Numbered from the whole stretch's first letter, positions 23,868-37,118 are shown. The stretch is 63,495 nucleotides of DNA, filler included, from Rhabdomonas costata (GCA_019059605.1; 24 parts of 24 records of this genome joined end to end with filler, not necessarily neighbours in it), one strand, 5' to 3'. Numbers and translations: made by a program. The notes: generated by a model not told the origin, from the sequence alone.

Positions 23868-26290
23868 TGATCAGGGAGCGGAGGGTTGCGCGGCCCATGG
23901 GGTCCCCAACGTGCAGGTGGTTACTCCCGAGGAAGCGGAGCCGGCTAAGAAGGAAAAGGAGAGTGAAAAGGTAGAGAGGGAGAAGGAGGAGGAGCGCATC
24001 CGCGACAGGAAGCGCGACGTGATCATGGCCATGGCCTCCCGGCTGGACCATCTATGGGTGTGCGCACTTGCGGACAAACACACACACACACACGGCTCAC
24101 TTGCATGAACAGAGCTCTGTTTGGTGATCAGCCAAACGGAACCCGGTTTTTCAGTTTTTGTGGTTGGCCCCTACTCAGCAGTGCACCCCTGTCAGGAGCC
24201 TCTTTTGCCACTGCCTTGTCGTGCTGCTTTGACGCCTTTGCCCCAACTCAGAAATAGTGGGGTCCCTTCCCATTCGCTTGTTGGATTGGTGTCCTCTACT
24301 TGGCAGTCCATAACGTTCAACGCGGTGATCACCACGAACTACAGCATGGAGCTGTGCATGTGCTCTAAGAGGTGCGACGGCGGCCGCTGCTCCGAAGAGA
24401 GCTGTGCGCTGTGCTCATGGCCGGCACCCCTTGCCCCCAGGGAGGTGGGGATGCCCAGCTACCTGGACATCCTTCGGGTGCAGCTGCCTTCTTCGTCGTC
24501 TTCGTCTTCGTCGTTGGCGCAGGGCCCGGCGCGGCCCCCGGTGATCCAGATTCACGGCAGCGTGCGGTGGCCGGAGAGTGTGGTGCTGAGCAGCGAGGGG
24601 TACCGGCAGCTGCTGCACACGCAGCCCGCGTACACGGCGTTCCTCAAGAGGTGTGTGGATGTTGTGTGATTCTCCACAGACGGAACACTTTGATGCATAG
24701 TACCCCTCACCCACTCCGGATGACTGCTGTATCTTGAAGAGGTGTTGGTTGAAATTCTTCATTTAGCATCGTTTTTGGTTTCTTCCCGCAGAGCTCTGTG
24801 GGGTCACGCATGCAAAACAGAAACTACAAGTCAAGCTTGACCTGACGCCCTGGTGTGTGTGTGAGTGTGTCTGGGCAGCTTCAGGTTGCGAAGTGGTGGG
24901 AAGGGTTGCAGTTGGCTTCTGATGACAGCGTGGCGTCGGGCTGTTCCTTTCGCTGTCTTTCCTGCCATATTTCTCGTAGAGTTCCTCTTTGTGCAGTGTG
25001 ATGTCCTGTCGCACTATTCTGTACTTCGGCTTCAGCTTCACGGACGACTACCTCAATGAGGTTTCCCTTCCCCACCACACTCTTATGCAGTGGTGGGCCC
25101 TTGCAAGTGGACCTGTCTTCGCCCTCTTCAGCTGGCCTTTTTGAAACTCTCAACCAGTCGTATGCGGCGTCAGCGGAAATTTGGGAACATTTATTTCGAG
25201 CCGAAGCGTCATGCTTTGTGCTTGACAATACGCTCAATGGTGTGCATCGAACAGGCTGGACTGGACAGGATGGACTGTCGACCCAAAATCGGACTCATAA
25301 CACACACATAGTGGCGCGGTGGGGTCATGTATGATAATAGAGTGGTGTGGTGGAAATAATAAATCGCATTATAAGCGTGTAAATTGGAAAGCTTGTCCGC
25401 CTATGCCTGCGTGCTGTATTTCACCAGCAATGGCTGCGAAGATAGTGACACAAAAACGCAACAGAACTTTGTTGAGATGCCTCGAGAGGGTAGAGAGGGT
25501 TCCTTGGACTGCTCGCCATTCCCATCTCCTAGATTCCCGAATTTTATCCATTACAAAGAAGGTTCATTCCATGGATTTGTTCCGAAATCCTGGTGCGGGG
25601 TTTGCACCACCGCTCAAACAGATTCGCAGTGAGGTGATGGCGATGAAGACCCACAGGGACCGCAAGGGGCTCGAGGACGCCGCCTCGCTGGCCTACGCCA
25701 TCGCCAACGACCAGTCCCCCTCGCACTGCAAGCACTACCGCGACCACGAGGGGGTGATCTTCCTGACATGGGACAGCCGCCGCGATGGCTTCGGAGTGGC
25801 GGACCGGATCATGGGAAGCATCTTGAGGATGACTCAGGTTTGTGGGCCAGGTCGATGTGACCGCTGACTGGGGTGTGTCTGAAACAGCCTTCGTCCACCA
25901 CGGGCCCCATATGCCGCCGCAGGAATGGAGGTGTCACTTACTCCTTGGCCGTATTTTCCAGGATGTGTGGAGTTCGTGTGCCGAACAAGCGTGTACAGCC
26001 GGTTCATAAAAATTTCAAGCCCTTCTGCCAGCTGTTGGAAGCTGCGTCAGTCCCCATTTGGCTGAAGTGCGTCTGTTTCTTCCATCGATGGTGGCTGCCC
26101 TGAAAAATCGAAGAAACGCATCCTGTCTCAGGTGGCAGCAGCCCTCAGCGGGTCCACAGTGATCCTTTGCAGTTTGGGGCACACCACGGAGCCCGAGAAC
26201 CTGGTCTCGCTGTACATGCACTTGGAGCAGGAGAGGAACAACCCGCTGTACAAGACCTTCCCGCCGTCCTACTTCGCTCCTTTCAAGCTG
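23868..26290 (+). CDS. SIR2-like (SIR2_2 / immune sirtuin-fold) protein, five internal exons: 23868-24057, 24307-24650, 24997-25060, 25622-25837, 26132-26290
   Basis: All introns are GT-AG and phase-consistent. Motifs in order: AVITTNYS, VIQIHGS, SVVLSSEGY, YTAFLKSVMSCRTILYFGFSFTDDYL, LAYAI. Confidence 0.85.
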
Positions 26291-26518
26291 GTAGGCGGTT
26301 TCTTTTTTTGCTCCCGTGCTATCGCTTTCGGTCTGCAACGCCGTTGTGTTGCTCTGCGATTTTGCGGGACGGTGGTCTAGAATAAATACTTGGATTTGAT
26401 TGTGGAAGCACACCACAANNNNNNNNNNNNNNNNNNNNNNNNNNNNNNNNNNNNNNNNNNNNTTAATTAATTAANNNNNNNNNNNNNNNNNNNNNNNNNN
26501 NNNNNNNNNNNNNNNNNN

Positions 26519-27322
26519 GGTTGTGGTGTGGTGGTCCGCGGCAGTGCCAAAGCCGATGCGGCGAAACACCGGGTCCCAAGGGTGGATAAACTCGGAGTGG
26601 ACCAGAGTCAGCCAATTGGCGTACAGCGATCCGAAGGCCATGTAGCTCCACACGTTTGCCGGAACAATCCGGGCGGTGATGACCAGGGGCACGAGGATCA
26701 TGAAGAGGGTGTCCAGCACAGAGCCGTTGAAGGCGTCGAACAGTTTGGGGTTCGTGAACCGGTGGTGGGGGTTGTGGGAGAGCTTGTAAAGCATGGGGTG
26801 CAAGACATGCTCCATTTTATGCATGAAGTACATCAGACAGTCCTGGATAATCAACTGGAGGAAGACGTGCAGCCAGTTCACTCCCCCGGAGAAGGCGTAA
26901 TATGATTTCGGCATCACCCCCAGCATCCACGTGAGACATAGGTACCCACCCAGCATCAAGAATCCCTCGGGCTGAGCCAGGTGGCCCTTCAAGGCGACAC
27001 CAAACTGGTAAGGTGGCGCACCTACCAGCTGCACCGGAACTGCGGAGCAAAGGTAGCCGTACTTCCAAAGCGAGAAATATATAATGGTGAAGGTCTGTCC
27101 CACAATCACAGCGAGAATTCCAAGGCTCAAGCCCAGGGGGGACGGGCGGACTCCCTTTTCAACATTCCAGTAGTCCTTGGGCTGGTCGTCGTACCAGGCC
27201 TCCGGAAAAACCTTCGCGTAGTTGGCGCCATACGTCAGAATCAAAGGAACGGTCAGGATGGATGCCCATAAACCCAAGAAAATGAGGCAGCTGGTCAAGC
27301 CACTTGTTAAAGCAGCGACCAT
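26519..27322 (-). CDS. Fatty acid hydroxylase/sterol desaturase superfamily protein, intronless, 3'-truncated
   Basis: His boxes YFMHKMEH and SHNPHH, then LVHSE and the start of the last box (ADHH). Several TM segments. ATG at 27322. Confidence 0.9.
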
Positions 27323-29362
27323 CGCAAAAACTTGCAGAAAAGTCAAAAAAGCAAATCTAAGATGAAGAAATGAAGATGAAGCAACAAGTCAATACCAAGA
27401 GACTGAGTCAACAAGGGCCTTAGTAAGTTCCCCCCACCCCACCCTTAAGATTTTGAGACGATGGTGGTTACCATCACCTTTTGACCACCTCGGGTTCACA
27501 TTTTCGCCGAGCATTCATGGGGATATCACTGCAGGCGTAGAGAAAGGAAGTGCTGGCAACAGTATCGAACAAATTTCTTTCAGAGCCCCCAGGGTGAGAG
27601 GGCAGACGCTTGAACCTGAACACACACACACACACACACACACAAAGAAACACGTGAAGACCCACGTACCAGAGTTGGCCAATTTTTTATGCTCAACGAA
27701 GTTTCTGTAAACGATTTTTCGATTTTTCGATTTTTCAGCGAAGTTTACGCCTTAACCGTTTTGACTTTGACAATTTTTCAACACATTCGTTTCAAAGGGG
27801 TGGAGAAAGTCCCACGAGTTGATCTTTGGTGCATGGGTGTGGGCATGCTGCTGTGTGGGAGGCCTTGATTCACTGATGTGTTGCGCTGTTGCTTATATCG
27901 TTGGGTGTGCTTGAGGGTTCTTCAACTTGTATCTGGGTTGCCAAGAGGCCCCGATAGCCGAGGCAACGTCCCCAATTCCACAGTAAAAGTGCTCGAATCA
28001 GAGCTTCAATACATGTTCTTCGTGTTCCCCGACAAAAAATCGGGGACAGGTTACCTTTTCGGGCTTGAACTCGACGCCTACCTCGTTTTAAACCCAAAAA
28101 AACACAATTTTGGTTTTTTTGAGAAAAAATTTGCAAAGTCGACGAAACAGGGCTGGCCAGGCCAAAAAAAATTTTCGCGGGTGCCACCCAGCCTTTGAGT
28201 CGGCGGTCCGGACCACCTCGTCGGATAGGCCCCCCCTCCTAACCTGGGGGCAGGTCAAAACATCAAGTCTTGAGACGTCGATTACCTCGCACAGAAAAAA
28301 GCCCCACTCAAAAATTTCACAAGAGACGGCCAAACACACGTGGACATTTTCTCCTTTTCCCTGCATATTAAACCTCAGCTTACCACGTTCGTACGTCATT
28401 TGTTTTGGGAAGAAGTTGCCACACGCAACACGGGTCCACTCGGCCAAGAAAATGTTCTATAAAGGAAAAAATATATAAACTGTATTTAAAAAACTCCCAA
28501 CTTCCCCGTTATCAAAATACTAACCACCAAATTCAAAGATTGAATCATCAATCTTTCAAAAAGAACCTTTGAGCACCAAATCAATGGGATTTTTCAAACA
28601 AACATTGATGTCATCAAATTAAAAAATTGAACTTTTTGAATTGAAAATGCAACATTTTTTTTGCTATTGTTGATATTCTGAAATTCTGTAGGATTTTTTT
28701 ACTGGCGAAAGTTTGCATGTGATGGTGAAGAGTGCAATTCAGGTATTTTGATAGTTTTTCGGATGTTTTTTTGGACGTGCCGAGGGTGAATCTCCGGCAC
28801 ACCACAAGCGGGGTTATTGAGCGGCTGCTGTGCTTCTGGGCTCCCAATCCGGGCGAGGAAGCTGTCAGCTCCTCAGGCTGGCTGGGGTCGTGTTGGAACG
28901 GGAGGTGCTTCTCGTGCACTACCCGGTCGCCGCCGATACTGTGTTGGAGCTTCAAGTCACGGACCTCAGAAGAAAGCGACCCGTGCTACCTTCCCCGTTT
29001 CTCATTTCAGCAAACCCATTTGATTCCTCGCGGGACGTACCGACAGACCCAATCATCACACCAACACNNNNNNNNNNNNNNNNNNNNNNNNNNNNNNNNN
29101 NNNNNNNNNNNTTAATTAATTAANNNNNNNNNNNNNNNNNNNNNNNNNNNNNNNNNNNNNNNNNNNNGTTTTTGGTTTGTTTGGTTGTTTTTTTTCTTCG
29201 TTCTTCTTTCCTTCCTCTCACGACCATGCGTTTTCCTACCGCAAAAGTTTCTCTTCCTTTTCATGACCACCACCCAGCCGGTTCCCATGCCACAGCTTGC
29301 CCCTTGCCACTTGTGAGTTTGTAAGGTATGTGCGTGTCTGTATGTTTGAGTGTGTGGGGTGC

Positions 29363-29641
29363 CTTCGCTCCGCCTCCAAGGGCGTTCTGGAGAAGGAAGG
29401 TCAGCCTGGAGTTGCGGTACGGGACGTAGGCCTGGCGCGCGCACAGGGCCTCCATGACGTCACCCAGGGAGGTCAAACTGCGGTTGATGCATTGCGTCTC
29501 CTTCACCGCGGCGGCCACCGCAGCACACTGCGCTTGCGCGGGGTGCCCCAGAGCCTCGAAGCATCCCAGCGCCGGGGACACCGAGCGAGCCATCGTGTTC
29601 ACCCGCTCCGAGCCTATCAAAGCATATTACAACACACGTCA

Positions 29642-29693
<52 letters not shown>

Positions 29694-31364
29694 AGACCAC
29701 GACCACCACCACCACAAAAGACATTATAGAAAACAAGAGGCCCTCACTTGGCAACCGGAGAAGCGGGAGACGCAAACCAAAACCAAGATCATTTCAAGGT
29801 CATAGCAAAATGAGGAGCAGTCACTCCTTTCTGTCCACCGAAGGAAGGTGAGCAGCGAGGATAATTTCTGCATTTTTGGAAGGATCCTGCACATGTGGAC
29901 AAGAGATATGCAAACAAGAGCAATCCCGCAACAAGAGATGAACCAGATGTGTAGAAAAGGGGTGGGAAGTACCCTTCACGCTGAGGTGAATTTAAGGGGA
30001 GGGCGAGGGTGAATGATGACAAGAGAGAATGAAAGCTTAGCGCAGACATCTTTATGCTGAAAGGGGGCGTACTTCAACCCAAATCCGTTCTCGACCGAAG
30101 AAAAACGCACACACACAGACGCTTTCAGACATACACAGACACACGCAGGCCAACCCGCCAGGTCGACGATGAACAAGGTGCCTCGAGTGGCCTCGCGGGA
30201 GATGTGGTTGCGGCCGTGCAGGGTGACCCGGACGACGCAGTGGGAGCGGGAGGAGTGCTCGTTCAGGTTGGAGACCCCCACAGCCCGCGCCGTCATCCCT
30301 TGCCGCAGCACAGGCACCACGTCGGCCATCCCGCGCTCCACCCGGGCCTCCGTGAGCTCGGGCACGGTGACCTGCGACCAAACAGACGAGGGTTTTCTGC
30401 GCAAAATACACTCAGTTGAAGTCAACGGACCTCGCTGAGGTAAGAATGACAAATCCTGTTTTATGCAAATTCAAGCAACCAGAACGCGAAACAAGACAGG
30501 ACTGCCATATGCCCAGCAGACGAAAGAGGATTCCACAGGACCCACTGAACTCTTGTTTCCTCGGAGAAATGCATAGGGCCAGCAGGTCAGTAGGTTGAGG
30601 CGGGGACCGCCTGAAGGCCAGTCTGCTCTGCATCGCAGTGTCAGAGCACGGCTCGATCTGTATAATGATGGCGGTTCTCAGGACTGGTTTCGCGCGCCCT
30701 TGTTGCCTGCAAGTCGCATTCCTGTTCCTTATCCAGGATTCGGCCTAATATCAAAGCTAACTCAGTTGCACATCTTGATCGACGAGAACTTCACGCGACC
30801 AATGACGGGCAGCAGGTTCTACCGTGTTTGAATGACGGATAACGTGCTAGTAAGTAATTATCCTGTTGACCCTGTTGACGGATCCTGTTGATCATGTTGA
30901 CGGATCCATGATTATTCTAATAATTAGTAATGAGCAACCACCATTTCTCAACCTTGCCGACCCCAAAACTCCCCGCTACAGTTCGCTTTAGTTTTTCAAC
31001 AGATGCGGGAGGGGGGGGCAGATTGGAGGTCGAGAGGAAAGGGCTCGGAATGGATAAGAATGTGCCCTCCCCCCTTTGCGGCCCACAGTACTGCAGCGGT
31101 GAGCCACACCTCTCCGCTAGGGCTCTGCCGCAGCTCTAGCTTGTGCGACCGCACCCCACCGCCCTCCCCGCCGGGAGATGTGGGCCGCAGCAGGTCGTAC
31201 ACGGCGTCGTTGTAGATCTCCATCAGGGCCAGACTGAGGGCGTACTCTGCGGTGCCCTGGGCCTGGTGGGCCTGGGTGCGCGCCCACAGGGCATGCAGCA
31301 GGCTGAAGATCACCCCGGGCTCCTCCTCCGTGCCCAACAGGGTGTGGGTCTTCCCACTGCCCGT
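29363..31364 (-). CDS. Kinesin motor domain, probably kinesin-14/C-terminal type; exons 31364-31110, 30371-30155, 29613-29363
   Basis: P-loop (Q)[42 protein letters not shown] and [18 protein letters not shown]. Splices are phase-consistent; the last exon ends AAG|GC. Confidence 0.95.
29641..29714. repeat. (CCACGA)n microsatellite in a kinesin intron
   Basis: About 10 tandem hexamers followed by CCA units. This explains the spurious poly-T, poly-PR and poly-WS ORFs. Confidence 0.95.
30860..30910. repeat. Short degenerate tandem repeat (CCTGTTGA[CGGAT]) in a kinesin intron
   Basis: atcctgttgaccctgttgacggatcctgttgatcatgttgacggatcc. Confidence 0.7.
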
Positions 31365-32936
31365 CTGAGAGAGAGCGAGAGAGCCACGGAACGTGGGTGG
31401 GAGCTGGATCTGTCAAAACCCATACCGGGCGAGCTCGCGGGGAAATCCTCACTTATCTTTGGTTTGATGTGAAACAAGTCACGCCGAATCGATAGGGCAA
31501 TATCACCTTTGTTCAGTGAATGGTGCATACCCAAGCATAGCCGATCACGCGTGCTCAAGCGCACACGCTCACGCAGCAATGGAATAACGGGGCTGAGAAT
31601 CCACCCGATACCTCCCTCATGCTCCCCCATTTCTGGTGCTGCTCCCCCTTCATGCTTCCTCAGATAATCGACAAAAGCTTCTTTAGATTGATGTGAAGGG
31701 GGAGCAGCACCAAAAACNNNNNNNNNNNNNNNNNNNNNNNNNNNNNNNNNNNNNNNNNNNNTTAATTAATTAANNNNNNNNNNNNNNNNNNNNNNNNNNN
31801 NNNNNNNNNNNNNNNNNGGGGGGGTTGGGGTCTGTTGTATATACAAAAGACCCCAAGCCTGCTTCGGCTTAGCCCTCTTGCGTTTATGCTAATTAGTATA
31901 TAAAGAACTATCAAAACCGCTAGATAAAAACGCAACTATCGGCGCAGCCGTTTCCTGTGCTTCGGCTTAAGCCCCAGTGTGTCGACCCTTGTGCATGATT
32001 ATCTAATCTGGCGCTCAACAGCAGCTCGTTTTCAGAGAATTGCTTCGTCTGCTACAATATCTGGGTTAGCGGTTTAAGTCGCGGAATTTTCGTTTGCTAA
32101 ACTTTTTGCGGTCGGGGGGGGGGGATGTCCCAACCGAACACCCAACCGAACACGTCAGGTAGGCGGTCTGGGGTAGCCCTCAGGCCTGGCAGGTCATTCA
32201 GATGTAGTGTCCTTCTCTCGAACAGTGGCCAGGAGCCAGCAGCTGAAGTTCCACCAGGTGGCACTTCACAACAGAGCTCGGACCGTAAGCGAATGTGAGG
32301 AATTCCGACACGCCGACACAGGCATTGTACAGTCTGGAGCTCAGAGGCAGTTGCGTTGAATAGGGACACGAATGAGGCATTCTGCAAGTTGCGAGTAAGC
32401 CCCCCGGGGATAAAGCTAACCAGTGCGCAACCCCAGAGAAGATGGGAGGAGCCATGGGGAGCCGTGGAGGGGCGTGGACCGGTCAGTGTTCTCTGAGCTG
32501 CCAACAATCAAGGAGTAGCGACGGACCCCGCACACACGCAGAAAGCTGGTTGGGTAAGAAGCTTAAATCACAGTGATGACGCCCGACCACCGAAACACAG
32601 TGGGTGGCTGCCCCCGACAGTTGTGCTGAATCTACAGCCTCCCTGCTCTCTGCCTCGTTTGCTGCGGCTTTGCTCTCGCGAGTTGCAAGACTGCTTCGTT
32701 GGCTTGCCCATCCTCACCTCTTTTGCTCTAACTTTCCGTGTCCCATGAAAGTGAGAAATTGCACTGCAAACAAGCTCCATGACTGAAATTAGCGGACAGA
32801 TTCTCTGCAATCCATTCGCTCTGCAAGTGGATTGTGATTACTATTGCGCAAGCACTCACCATCAGAAAGAGTTCAAATGAGATGAAGAGCAAAATCTCTG
32901 CAATTGTCTTTTTGCTTCTTTTCTCCCGCCCTGCAG

Positions 32937-33654
32937 GCAGAGCTTGGAGCCCTCAGAGTGCGAGCGAGGGCTGGTCCACCGCCTTCGCATGGGGGCTGGG
33001 CTTCCGGAGCGTCTGAATTTGGGTGAAGTCCGAGAGATCGTCGGGGAGATACTCCCGAGCCGAACTCGCAGCTCCTCGTCGCTGGGCTCGGGAACTGGTG
33101 GCTCCCGGGTATGCCTTTCCCACCCACCACCTCCATACCTGCACAGAGAAATCGGCAGAGCGCCCGGAGAGCTGGAAAGCTGTCCCCTCGTCGGCACCTC
33201 ATAATCCCTTTATTTTGCAGGGGGCGTTTGTCAACAGCCACGACTTTGCCTCGGACATGTGGGGAGTAGGTGCGCGTGTGGGTTCCTTGGATTTCCTTTA
33301 TTTTATAACGTGCGTATTTTCACCGAATTTTAGGATGTGGAGGTTTCCGCCGAGTTTGTTTGAGGATGTGGGGACCAGGCAGTAGCATGGCCCCCAGGTC
33401 TTAATGCAACTGAAATGTCTGTCGCATTTCAGTTCAATTCATGACTCTTGGTTGTGCGTCAATTGCCAATTATTGCTACCCCGAGTGTCTTTCCACCGTT
33501 CGTGCATCAATTTTACGCGTTGTGCGCTGCATTGACGAACTACAAAGGGCTGATTCTGTACCTGATGTGCTTCAAGAGGCTGCCGTATGATGACACGACA
33601 GACCTGCACTCGCAGATTCGTCTCCATGGGCGGCATAAGATTGAGATTCCCAAG
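32937..33654 (+). CDS. Protein kinase C-lobe fragment; exons ~32937-33107, 33221-33269, 33548-33654
   Basis: Spliced subdomain IX reads HDFASDMWGVGLILYLMCFKRLPYDD. The last exon ends AAG|GC. Confidence 0.75.
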
Positions 33655-35118
33655 GCATCTTTGATCTTTTGGGATGGAATCTTTTGTGGATCCATCCTTC
33701 TTCCTTGCCTCGCTTTCTTCCTTCGAATCACTGGCGGCCATGGGTCCCCCTGGGGTCCGGAAGTCTGTGGGACCCCGCCGTTTCCTCGCTGTACCCATTC
33801 GGTTATGTGTGTTTGCTTTCCCGTCAACAACACACCGCACCACAGGAACCGCACAACAAATGCCAGGTTGACAATACAACGGCAGCCTTATGAGGCCTGT
33901 TAGGATGGACTCAAACCACGCACACCATACATTGCGACCTGCTGTGTTTGCCTGCCCCTTCAGCCGGGGGCACCATTGTTGAGGACGGTCTGAACACGAA
34001 TATGAACGAGTTTCGCTGATCCGTTTGGTTTCGATGTGTACGAAGACGAGGAGAGACGCTGTGGACCATCGCTCCGTCCACCATGAGAACTCGCAACGTT
34101 CCGCGAAATAGAACTGAAAATCCCCACAACAATCAGCATTGTTCGCCCCACCCCCCTACACACAGTAAACACAAACCGTGCGTCTTGCCATCACGCTTTT
34201 CATCGGAAAGGCGGACGATCTAAATTATGACCACACCGGTTGCGGACAGGTGAGAAAGGACACGATTCGCGGTTGTGTACCCTTTTTTCATGCAGCTCCC
34301 GAAGTACTCCCGGGAGATGACGAACATGATTTCGCTTTTGCTCTCGCCGAAGCCCGGCGACCAACCNNNNNNNNNNNNNNNNNNNNNNNNNNNNNNNNNN
34401 NNNNNNNNNNTTAATTAATTAANNNNNNNNNNNNNNNNNNNNNNNNNNNNNNNNNNNNNNNNNNNNTGTTTTGAAGTGCCCCACTGAGAAAGTCCTACTT
34501 GGCCCCAGGATGAACTGTGGACAAGAAGGACTTTCTCAGTGGGGCACTTCAAAGCGACGACGTGATGGGCGGTAAACAATTTTTTTTTGAAAATTTTAAA
34601 GAATCGTCTTTCAGGTCATTAATCTAAATACGCCCAATCCTTGTGAGTCACAATTCTGGTGTGTACAAAGGGATCGAAAAACAATGGATGGGTGAAGGAG
34701 GAGTGCCGAGGCCGCCGAATGAGAAAAGTATTTGTGGTCGTGGTGTAGCAAAGGAAAGGACCAGGATAATACAGGGGGGAGAGAAGGGAGGGGGTGAGGG
34801 CATGGCACCACAAAACTATGAACTTACTACAACACCCCCCCCCCACTACTCACCCCTAAGACTTGAAACTACACCTTTACTGATATATTTACTGATATAG
34901 TTATGCTGTGGCCAGCAGAAATAACTTTACAACCAGACCAACCACGCCGAGCCAAACGCAACAGTGAGATATAGGAAGGAGGGGTGAGGAGAAACATCAG
35001 AGTTGATCCGCGGGTCGTCGAGCGCAAAACAGAAAACCATGAAAGGTCGGAAATAAGGTGGGGAACGTATGACACTGCCCGTTGCAGAGGCTGTGCTTCT
35101 GGCGGCAAGTAGCGCAAC

Positions 35119-36801
35119 CTTGGCAACAGCTCGGTTCACAAAGTTCACGATGGCCTTGCTGTTGTTTTCGGAAATCCGCGTGGGATCACCCTCGAGGACT
35201 TTCATCCCAGTAACGGGATTAGCAACAACCTGTTGGGCAAAGGGTAGAACAACTCCTTCTCCACACAAATCACAACCCCAATTCCATTCACTGGAGCGCA
35301 CCGTGTTCCAACAACAACAAACCAGCAACGACATTGTGAGCTATCTGGTTCAAGTCGGGTTTTAAAGTCTCCATCTTGTGAAGTGGTGTTTTTATATATG
35401 TGGTGGTGTATTTATTTATGTGTGGGCGGGGGGGGGGGGCGGTGACAGGGTAATAGTAATACCCGGTACTACTGGTGGCTGTGTGTGTGTGCGCGCGCGA
35501 GCGAAAACTAGCGCAGCGTCACACGTATTGGGCCATTAAGCACAAGTCATCACCGAACCGTCTGCTTCTGTCACTGATAAAATACACCATCCCCTACCCT
35601 GCAAAAGCCTCTGTTGGAATCTCAGGAGACACGCGAACAGCCAACTATACCCCCCCCCCGTGAATCACAAGGACAAATAATTGATATCTGAAAACATTCT
35701 AACCTTCTATATCAAGCACTGGAGGATCATTCGCCGCCACCGGTGCCGTATACCCCCAAACACATGAGCCCCATTCCCAGATGTAGAAAGGTTGTCCGTA
35801 ATTTCAAGGAAGGTGTCACTCCTATGTTGAGTTGAACAGAATCTCGAACTGTTTGCCACACGCACAGACCCGACACACCTCTAGGTGCTCGGGGCGAAAT
35901 GCCTCCGCAAAGAACGGGTGCTGCATGGCCTGTGCCGCGGTCAGCTCATGACCACCCTGCAGCAAGTACAATTTCGCAAGGAGCATCAGTGACGCTGCGT
36001 ACCGTGGTGAAAATGTGCAGGGCATTGATCCATCATTCAGAGAATTCAAACATAAAAAACGGCACGACCGCACTAAACCGCTCGCCGAACGTCCCACTAA
36101 CGGTCCAATACCCAGCGGCACACCTTGAGGTGCACGGCGTGAGCTTCACTCGTGCCGGGAGCGGAATCCGAAAGCAGACCCAGCCCAAACAACTCTGCAA
36201 GCAGGCTCGCCGCTGCCTCCTCACCAGGCTGCTGCGGAGAGACTCGCAAAGCGGACAACAGGTTGACCACTGCAGTATTGTCCTCGGGAGACACGCCCGA
36301 AATGGGATTTTCTACAGCGGAGGTGATCTCCTCAGCAGTGGCGCAGCCTGTTCGAAGTGCGACACACGACGCCACCTGATAAAGTGAACTGATGGCACAC
36401 CGCCCAATAAAACGGTTGTCGGACAAAATGACCCGCCCTCCCTTCCGGCTGAAGACGCAGCATAAGCTCAGATTAATGAGCACCGAAGAACAGTGAATGA
36501 GCTGAAAATTAGAGAAGCACGTACCCAGGAGCGTGACAAGCCGTTCGTACAGAGCTTGGCTCACAGCCTCAGGTTTCGTTGGAAGCGATACGCCCTCCCC
36601 GCTCCATCGCATCATTCTCCCCAGGATGCACCCAATGGCCACAAGGTCTACTGCGGCAGCCCTGGGGGGCACCTGAGCGCCTCCAGGAAAGACCTGCGAT
36701 CCACTAAAGTCGGAGAGCTTCAGCGTGAAGCTCTCCGCTGAACTGAGGTCACCAACGACGGCAATGTTAGAGGGCTGCACTCGTCCATGAACAATGCCAC
36801 A
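35119..36801 (-). CDS. CMGC/MAPK-like pseudokinase fragment (four exons)
   Basis: CGIVHGRVQPSNI (no HRD Asp), LKLSDFS, DLVAIGCILGRM, TLLGCATAEEI and LTAAQAMQHPFF. Confidence 0.7.
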
Positions 36802-37118
36802 CTGCAAACCGTACATGCAACGCCAACTTACCGACCCCGGGCCAAAGCGCCCCACAGCCCCCCACCTCTCAGATTCCTAGTCAATAAAACGCCCTTGCTG
36901 ATGCTGTTTCTCGGGGCGGGGAAAATGTCGAGGCCAGCGGTATGGCAGCGGACGGGATTCATGTGATGGCAGCAGTATTACTTGTAATCGCTGCCATCAC
37001 ATGAATCCCCACCACCCCNNNNNNNNNNNNNNNNNNNNNNNNNNNNNNNNNNNNNNNNNNNNTTAATTAATTAANNNNNNNNNNNNNNNNNNNNNNNNNN
37101 NNNNNNNNNNNNNNNNNN

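Noticed and set aside
21209-26290. Nuclease-like ORF next to the SIR2 gene as a defence island
   Set aside because: A linker at 23768-23867 separates them and there is no evidence of physical linkage.
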